Positions 54,924 to 64,000 of a stretch of 64,000 nucleotides of DNA are shown piece after piece (within the stretch, counting starts at the first letter, position 1; each line of letters opens with the position of its first letter). The stretch comes from Eledone cirrhosa (Eukaryota). The stretch spans positions 182,652,001 to 182,716,000 of the forward strand of contig OZ024741.1 in NCBI GenBank assembly GCA_964016885.1, read 5' to 3'. Below the pieces are notes generated by a model. That model worked only from the letters and a program-made list of their open reading frames with translations. It was not told the origin of the DNA and did no database searches. The translations under genes were made by a program, and so were the position numbers.

Positions 54924-57900
54924 GATAGCAACTAACAGTGCTGCGATCGAATGTGGCTTTTTAGCCCAGCCAATGATCCAAAATGTCTTGCACAGAGTCG
55001 GCAACCAAAACATTTACTGGGAATAGTCGGCTGTGGTTGGAGTTCGTGTACTTTTGCATGTCGCTTGAGTCCTCCTGCTGATTTACATTCTCTACCACAT
55101 GTTTGGCAAGCATGATGAGTAGCATCTCCAACAGCAGCCTGGTAGTCAACCACTGGTCTTACTTTATGACTGCGAAGATGACTTTCGAGTCCAGCTTTGC
55201 TTAGGCAGAGTCTCGCACAGACGCTGCATGTCAGAAACATAGGAGGACCCTCGCCGTCTGGAAGTGCAACAGCAATACCCTTCCTCACGTCCCGCTTTAC
55301 TTTCTCGTGTGCGATTCGAGATGCCTCAAAGGCAACTTTTCCCTCATATACAGTCTTTCTCCATTTATTACGATCAGCAGCAATATTTTCCCATGTATCA
55401 GCAGAGATGTTAGCGTCTTTCAGAGAGGCCTTCAAGGAATCCTTATACCTCTTTTTTGGTTTATGTGGCGGTCGTTTTCCTTTAACCAACTCTCCATAGA
55501 AGAGTTGTTTTGGTATTCTAGAATCCTTCATCCTGGCAAGGTGACCACTCCAACGGAGTCGCTGCTTAAGCACAAGAGCTTCTATACTGTCACACATAGA
55601 GCTTTCCAAAATCTCGACATCACTGATGTGGTCCCTCCAGTGAACGCCATGTATCCGTCTGAGACACATCTGATGGAAACGCTCCAATTGCTCAAGGTGG
55701 CGTCGATATGTGACCCAGGTCTCGCAGGCATAAAGAAGACAAGAGAGTACACATGCCCTGTACACCTTTACCTTTGTCCTCCTGCATATGTCTCGCCGAC
55801 CCCAGAGTCGCCTTTCTAGCTTTCCGAAAGCATCACTTGCTTTCCTAATCCTAAGTGAGATTTCACTGTCAAGGTTGCCGTATCGATTGACAGTGCTTCC
55901 CAGGTAGACAAACTGATCAACCACTCCAAGTCGCTTGCCATACACATAGATGTTTGGTTCAGTGTACTGCCTACCAGGTGCAGGTTGGTACATGACGACG
56001 GTTTTCTTGAGACTGACAGTCAAACCCAGGGCAGTGCAAGCGTCAGAAAATACATTCAAAATGTGCTGCATATCACTCTCTGTGTGCGCTACAAGATCGC
56101 AATCATCTGCATACAAGAGGTCTCTTATGACTGATGTAAATACTTTTGTCTTCGCAGCAAAGCGCCTGATGTTAAATATGCTGCCTGAGGTTCGATATCG
56201 GATGTAAACACCATGCTCGCAATTCCTGAATGCAACACAGAAAACCATTGCAAAGTATATGGCAAACAGGGTCGGTGCTGGAATATCCCCCTGTTTCACT
56301 CCATTTTTTACTGAGATAGGCTCCGACATGTTACCTCCGACATTAACCCAAGCCTTCATGTCGTCATGGAAAGACCTAACTAAAGCAAGGAACTTATCAG
56401 GGCAACCAAGTTTCTGGAGAACCTTCCATAATGCATCTCTGTTGACAGTATCGAAAGCCTTTGTCAGATCGACAAAAACCTGATACAGATCCAAGCCCTG
56501 TTCAATGCACTTCTCCTGGAGCTGTCTAGCTGAGAAGATCATATCAGTAGTGCCGCGTCCAACACGAAAACCAGATTGACTTTCAGGAAGGACACAATCT
56601 GCAATGTGTGTCAGCAGACGGTCCAGAAGCACCCTACATAAAACTTTCCCCACGACAGAAAGCAATGATATACCTCTGTAGTTCCCACAATCATTCCTGT
56701 TACCCTTTCCCTTGTACAAGACCACCATTACTGCATCTCTCCAGTCCTCAGGCACGGATTCATTAGCCCATATCCTTCCAAACAGAGAGTGAAGATGTTG
56801 CAGGAGTCTCTCACCACCATATTGTAGGAGCTCAGCATGTATGCCATCCATACCTGGAGATCTTCCACTGTTCAGCTTCGAAATAGCCACTGCAACCTCC
56901 ACAAGTGTCGGAGGCTCTGCGAGAGCTACTTTCACAGGACTTTCCGGAATGAGATTGAGGAAATCTTCACTGACGACAGACGGCTGATTCAAAAGATCAT
57001 CAAAGTGCTCCCGCCACCTTCGTAGAATTCCCTGTGAGTCACGAAGAAGTTCTTTGCCATCCCTGCTGCGAATCGGTGTCACCAGAGAAGAAGACGGTCC
57101 ATAAACCTCACGCAAGAGACTGTACAACAGCTTTGTGTTATTGCAATCAGACGCAGTTTGTATCTCACCAGCCTTCTCACTCCACCACTGATCCTTCATC
57201 TGAGAAAGACTCCGCCTAACACGTGATTTTACATCCCTGAGCTCCTCATGCAACGTATTCCTCTCCTGTGGTCTTGCCGTCAAGTAGCGTGACAGAGCGC
57301 GCCTCTTATCAGCCAACAAGTCATCTATATGCACATCTTTCTCATTAAACCAGTCCTGATGTTTTCTCTGCACCAATCCCAGAACACGTCTGCCTACATC
57401 ATAAACCGACTTTTTAAGGGTCGGCCAATCCTCACCAAGATCTGCAGCCTGCATCTCTTCTTCCAATGTCCTCTTCACATTTTTATCCTTAAGACGAGCA
57501 GCATTCAATCTTTTGGGCAGGGTAACACCAGGAGCCCGGATTTTACGTTTGGTGATTAGATTCACTTTTGCGCGTACCAGGCGGTGGTCCGTCCAGCACT
57601 CAGCTCCACGAAGAACACGAACACACCGCACATCCTGTCTGTCACGCATCCTGACTAGGACGTAGTCCAAAAGATGCCATTCCTTAGATGCAGGATGCAT
57701 CCATGTGGTCTTGAATTTGTTCTTTTGTTGGAACATGGTGTTGGTAACACACAGATCCAGCTCCTCACACATCTGCAGCAAGAGCATACCATTGCTGTTA
57801 CACTTTCCCACCCCATGCCTTCCGATTACATTCCATGTGTTAAAATCCCTACCCACTCTAGCATTAAAGTCACCAAGCACGATGACTTTGTCTGCCTGAG

Positions 57901-58484
57901 GGATATTTCTTAAAACACCTTTCAAGGCATGGTAAAAGGACAGTTTTTCTTCATCGACAGAATTCATAGTTGGAGCATACACACTCACCAGGGTAGCATA
58001 TCTTCCCTTGTCCAGCGGAACTCTCATGGACATAAGACGCTCACTAATCCCCACTGGGAATTCTTCCAATTTATTCACCAGTACAGTCTTAACAGCAAAT
58101 CCTACCCCAGCCTCTCTTCTGGTTCCTTCATCTCTTCCTTTCCAGAAGAATGTATATTCTCCACAAAATTCCGTAAGATGACCATCTCCAGCTAACCTCG
58201 TCTCAGACAAAGCCACGATGTCAAGATCGTAACGTCGAAGCTCCTTCGCAACAAGAGCGGTCCTTCGTTCAGGACGCTCCAAAGAATCCCTGTCAAGCAG
58301 CGTCCGTACGTTCCAGCAGCCAAGACTAAATGCCCTGTTTGGCTCTATTACAATGGCACGATGACGGGCGGGCCCAGGTTGTGATAACTTGGGGCCCCTG
58401 CCCTTATTGCCAATGATCTCTTTTGTTCCAGAACCCAAATTGGCAATTATCTCGTTTACATTGTTCTGGAACATCATTGAATTG

Positions 58485-58521
<37 letters not shown>

Positions 58522-58526
58522 TAATA

Positions 58527-58561
<35 letters not shown>

Positions 58562-58864
58562 ACACTATTAATAATTATTAATGCACTCGTGCAATGCCTG
58601 TGCGTGACGAATATTTTTAAAGTGAGGAAAGACTGTGCACTGAACCAATCCCACTCTCTGAGCGACAGTAGCTATAACCCGAAAAGAAGAAAAGATCAAC
58701 ATCATCGGTAACTACTGAGCCGCAGGTTTTATATCGGAGTTAACCCAGTTTCCTGAGATGCCTTCTCCTAGAAGAATACCCTGACATGGGCTAGGGGTTC
58801 TTCACTCCCAGTGGTTTAACTGCGCGATCGGGCATCCAGCCCGATTATTTCTATGTCCCCGCGC
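54664..58864 (-). mobile_element. Near full-length RTE-clade LINE
   Basis: Single intact ORF, RTE-type 5'UTR (58590-58860), 3' end CTCGATAACGAGGGGGCAGCCATCATG(TATG)n. Confidence 0.93.
54932..58477 (-). CDS. RTE ORF: APE endonuclease + reverse transcriptase + three C2H2 zinc fingers (1181 aa)
   Basis: WNVRTL, LSETR, VYAPT, GDFNA, LDY, TDH; FVDLTKAFD, GVKQG, LYADD, FVYLG; CSVC..H..SH, CQTC..H..VH, CRLC..H..QH. Confidence 0.95.
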   Translation of the reverse strand: MMFQNNVNEIIANLGSGTKEIIGNKGRGPKLSQPGPARHRAIVIEPNRAFSLGCWNVRTLLDRDSLERPERRTALVAKELRRYDLDIVALSETRLAGDGHLTEFCGEYTFFWKGRDEGTRREAGVGFAVKTVLVNKLEEFPVGISERLMSMRVPLDKGRYATLVSVYAPTMNSVDEEKLSFYHALKGVLRNIPQADKVIVLGDFNARVGRDFNTWNVIGRHGVGKCNSNGMLLLQMCEELDLCVTNTMFQQKNKFKTTWMHPASKEWHLLDYVLVRMRDRQDVRCVRVLRGAECWTDHRLVRAKVNLITKRKIRAPGVTLPKRLNAARLKDKNVKRTLEEEMQAADLGEDWPTLKKSVYDVGRRVLGLVQRKHQDWFNEKDVHIDDLLADKRRALSRYLTARPQERNTLHEELRDVKSRVRRSLSQMKDQWWSEKAGEIQTASDCNNTKLLYSLLREVYGPSSSLVTPIRSRDGKELLRDSQGILRRWREHFDDLLNQPSVVSEDFLNLIPESPVKVALAEPPTLVEVAVAISKLNSGRSPGMDGIHAELLQYGGERLLQHLHSLFGRIWANESVPEDWRDAVMVVLYKGKGNRNDCGNYRGISLLSVVGKVLCRVLLDRLLTHIADCVLPESQSGFRVGRGTTDMIFSARQLQEKCIEQGLDLYQVFVDLTKAFDTVNRDALWKVLQKLGCPDKFLALVRSFHDDMKAWVNVGGNMSEPISVKNGVKQGDIPAPTLFAIYFAMVFCVAFRNCEHGVYIRYRTSGSIFNIRRFAAKTKVFTSVIRDLLYADDCDLVAHTESDMQHILNVFSDACTALGLTVSLKKTVVMYQPAPGRQYTEPNIYVYGKRLGVVDQFVYLGSTVNRYGNLDSEISLRIRKASDAFGKLERRLWGRRDICRRTKVKVYRACVLSCLLYACETWVTYRRHLEQLERFHQMCLRRIHGVHWRDHISDVEILESSMCDSIEALVLKQRLRWSGHLARMKDSRIPKQLFYGELVKGKRPPHKPKKRYKDSLKASLKDANISADTWENIAADRNKWRKTVYEGKVAFEASRIAHEKVKRDVRKGIAVALPDGEGPPMFLTCSVCARLCLSKAGLESHLRSHKVRPVVDYQAAVGDATHHACQTCGRECKSAGGLKRHAKVHELQPQPTIPSKCFGCRLCARHFGSLAGLKSHIRSQHC

Positions 58865-60094
58865 AAAAAAAAAAAAAATAAAAAAATAAAATAAAAAAAA
58901 AAAAAATTACTTATTGACACTTATACGTACGACATACACACACACGCATACATATGCGTGCACACAGCAACACTCACACACACAACAAACACACACACAC
59001 GCTACTCTACTCACTTACACGCACACACACACATATATATATATATATTACCGTCATTACTGATACAAGATTACCAGATTATGTCAACTGTTGACTTTCA
59101 AGAGTTTGTATAGTTGAAGCCGATCGTATTACAGTCCAGTATTACTATAATTGCTTTACAGCATAGAGTTATGGCTCTCCACGGAGTCAACAAAAGAGAG
59201 TACCAGTGATGCGCTGGCCAGTCGCTGGATCCGTGCCAAAAGCAGAAAAATTATTATTAAAGTTGTTCTTAAGGCCAGGTCGCTGGTGATGGTGATGGCG
59301 ACGGCGGTGGCGGTGGTGGTGGTGGTGGCAGTTGATGTTGTTGTTCTGTTGTGTGTGTGTGTGTGTGTGTGTGTGTTTTGTTATTTTGAGTTTTTTTTTT
59401 TTTTTTCCTTTCTTTTTTTTCTCCTTTTTTTTTTTTTTCCCCTTCCCTTTTCTTTTTTCTTTTCCCTTCCTTTTTTTTATGTTTTGATGCCGCTGTTGTT
59501 GTTGTTGTAATTGTTGTAAATGTTCATTTCAGTTCATTCTGAAGCTGTTGTTGCTGTAAACATTAGGGCCGGTGTTGTTGTTGTTGTAGATGTTGGGGTT
59601 GAAATCTGGTTGTTTGACTGAGTGATGTATATACACACATATACATGCACACACATATATATATATACATTCATCAGAGAGTAGAGAGTTTGACAACAGG
59701 TCGATGACTTTAGTCTCGATAGGGTATGGTATGGTAATGACATGTGATGGTGGGGAGAGAGTGTAGACGTTATTGTGGTGGTGTGGACAGTGAGATGTAT
59801 CTAGTTCATTTGACCGTTTTCTTCTCTTAGCAAAATTTGAATTCTAGCCATGTTATATTGAGATGTAAGTAAATGTAAAATATAAATAAGGATTGCTCTG
59901 CTAAAATATACTAAAATATTTGTGTAACTTCCACAAACTTCTGTCGTGACATTCCCGAGTCCAGTAACCAACAAATTGTTGTATTTTGATGTTTCAGAAT
60001 ACAAAAATTAATTAAAAACTTACCCCACGAAGAGACAGCGTGTGTTGTCCTATCTATAAGCTCCCTCATACATACATACATACATACATACAGT

Positions 60095-61428
<1,334 letters not shown>

Positions 61429-61430
<2 letters not shown>

Positions 61431-61618
61431 CGAAGGAAATGTGGTAAGGAACCAGGTGGACCATAACGCACCAAAGTACTCAATACTTGAGGTAGTAGAG
61501 TGGGTAATAGGAACCAGTAAGACCCCGACAGCTGAGCTCAAGCCGTTTCGACGGCTAATTCCAGTCCAGAATTAGCCGTCGAAACGGCTTGAGCTCAGCT
61601 GTCGGGGTCTTACTGGTT

Positions 61619-61621
<3 letters not shown>
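61429..61621. mobile_element. Fold-back element of the 7697 family in (TA)n
   Basis: Arms 61508-61561 / 61569-61622 inverted; GAAA-CGGCTTGAGCTCAGCTG-TC on both strands. Confidence 0.7.
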
Positions 61622-61666
<45 letters not shown>

Positions 61667-61879
61667 AATGAGGCTACTACTCAGCCGATGTATACTTCAG
61701 AAAATACGATATATTTCCAAACGTTCAACACATTGGCAGAGTGGTATAGAGTCCTGATGAAAACATATTAATTGTTCCTGAAAGCCAGTGTTGAACACAC
61801 AGATGGCGATTGGTCATCGATACGGCACAGCTTTAATCGGGCTGTTTGTTTACTAACGAATCCAATATTATTATTATTA

Positions 61880-61995
61880 TTCGATCCCGCCGAGATTAGT
61901 TTTGCCTTTCATTCTTACGGGGTCGATAAAATAAAGTACCAGTCACACACTGGGATAATTGCTGGCCTTGTGCCAAAAATTAGAAACAATTATTA
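61880..61995 (+). mobile_element. Truncated SINE (same family as 1-272)
   Basis: GCCTTTCATTC..GGGGTCGATAAAATAAAGTACCAG..GGCCTTGTGCCAAAA. Confidence 0.65.
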
Positions 61996-62034
61996 TTGTT
62001 CGATATAACCCATACGTACTTATGTAAATGTATA

Positions 62035-62116
<82 letters not shown>

Positions 62117-62323
62117 TGTGCATATTTACATTTATGTACTAGCTGTGCTAGGGCGAAAAAATAAAATTCTAATTTTATTTATATACTAGACCACCCGTGA
62201 CTATGTTCACTTAAAAATAATTTTTAAATCAGTAAAATATACACAAAATGTATATAATGTAAAATGACATTGGAAAGCCAATATATATATACGTGTATGT
62301 GTGTGTGTATATGTACGTGTATT

Positions 62324-62357
<34 letters not shown>

Positions 62358-62543
62358 ATTGTGTGTGGGGGTATCTGTGGCCTATATACACTGATTACAC
62401 ACACACACACATACATCCTGTCCTAACACAAGTTATAAGATACATATAAGTTAATATTCAGTCACCAAATTCAAGCTAGATGCAGTAATGCTGTATTCGA
62501 TTCTTTGAAGTCACCTGTCATAATTTCATTCAACAACACCACC

Positions 62544-62618
<75 letters not shown>

Positions 62619-62640
62619 TCTCTCTTCCCCCCTCTCTCTC

Positions 62641-62676
<36 letters not shown>

Positions 62677-63120
62677 ATTCACAACTACTATCTGCGTTTG
62701 TATTCACATTTCAATGGTACCTTACTTTCAAAAAAATTTCCCATTATGCGCTGATTTGGCTATTTATAAAGGTACCCGAAAAAACCCGCGTATCTCGAGA
62801 ACCCGTGGTCCGATTTACGCGAAACTTGTCTTTTCACTGTATTATTCACAAGTATTTTCACAAAGAAAATATCAAATCATTTTTCACTAATAGCTATCCA
62901 ATCACTCAACTTCAAAATTCTTTTTTCTATATCTCTATGGATGCTTGACAGTTTGTTCTGAAAGATTTTTCTGCTTAAAAAGTTGCAATGTTAATGAAAA
63001 GCTGGTTTTATTTACAAAAATTTGAAAGAAATTATTCTTACTTGTCTTAGTTTTTCCTTTTCCTTTCATTTTCTGACGTCGGAATCAACATTTTCTCATA
63101 TTTACGCTGTTACAGTTTGT

Positions 63121-63711
63121 TCAAAAGAATGCTTTTGATGACAACATTCTTAGTTGACTGGTGCAAAAATCGTCATCATCATTCAATGCGTCAGTAAGGC
63201 CCTTGTATGTTGTAGATCGCAATGATGTTTGGTTCATTCGGATGTATTGCAGTCTATCTCCTTCAATCTTCGCAGCCATGTCAACCAAATATTGCTGAAA
63301 TAAACGACCGCCTCTGAGAAGTTGGTTGAATTCATTCTCATGATTCATTATTCGATAGGCATAGTAGCGCATTGGCGTCAACTTCTTGTTGTTGCTCATT
63401 AACAGCTCATGATGCGATCCGTCATCGCCAAAAGGAAAAAATAGAACATACTGCAAACTGTCATAGGACCGATGAGACTCTGAGATTATTTGCAATTGTC
63501 CGCCTTTTTCTTTCAACACAATGTGCCGTGCTTTTGAAGTTCGGTGCTGTTTTGTATAATAACGGCAACTTCGTTTGCTGTTTGTGCATTGAATCTTCTC
63601 TCATGTTCCATTTCTGGTCTCCTATCAGGATCAATAATAATCGAAGCTTCGGGAATATTTTTAATTTGTTCTTTTGCCATTCGAAATGAAGCAACGTAAG
63701 GGTTATACTGA
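63121..63711 (-). pseudogene. Helitron RepHel fragment (Helitron_like_N region), frameshifted
   Basis: YNPYVASF...HERRFNAQTANEVAVII and HRSYDSLQYVLFFPFG...YYAYRI...GGRLFQQYLVDMAAKIE.DRLQYIRMNQTSLR. Confidence 0.88.
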
Positions 63712-64000
63712 CTCAGACTCAGAAGCTCCCGCGTCTTGCGACGCATGAGGCAATCATAGTGTTCCATCGCGTTCGGTCAGCAGCCAGTTGCACAGCGTCC
63801 CGCCATTGTCTGTTTGTCGCTCGCAGGTCCCTCTCAACTGTCTGGCGCCAGTTCATTTTGGGTCGCCCTCTCCGTCTGCTTCCCTCCGGGCTCCATTTAA
63901 GTACTTGGTTCGCCAGTCTCTCCGGGGGAAGTCTCAAAGCGTGTCTAAACCAGCCCAGGCGTCGCCTGCAGATGGTAGAAGAGACTAGCTGCTGGTTGGT
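63712..64000 (-). mobile_element. 3' end of an RTE LINE inserted into the Helitron (runs off the window)
   Basis: RRLGWFRHALRLPPERLANQVLKWSPEGSRRRGRPKMNW...*; tail (CTGAGT)n. Confidence 0.85.

Noticed and set aside
60018-60060. Possible non-coding first exon of the claudin-like gene (minus-strand GGG|GTAAGT)
   Set aside because: Only a donor-like motif; no independent support
61752-61812. CTGATGA...GAAAGCCA...TGGC motif
   Set aside because: Lacks the U16.1/H17 site and stem I

Overview
AT-rich, microsatellite-saturated animal genomic DNA; the repeat content looks like an octopus-type cephalopod (inference). One host gene is supported: a three-coding-exon, minus-strand claudin/PMP22-like tetraspan gene (47821-47617, 8572-8423, 2366-2128; 197 aa). 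Its 39-kb intron 1 holds a 19-kb array of a 48-bp satellite with higher-order duplications. Most of the rest is transposon-derived: an intact RTE LINE and five copies of a related ~600-bp bipartite non-autonomous element, CR1, R4-like and CRE-like fragments, nested Helitrons, tRNA-derived SINEs and a Penelope-like RT remnant. The most unusual signal is a set of at least 13 type I hammerhead ribozyme motifs from several distinct families. Many sit in fold-back (inverted) modules inserted in (TA)n, with inversion points at or near the ribozyme. Within the gene, every intact sense-strand hammerhead I found is paired with an antisense copy. All structures were read by eye and none was computed.
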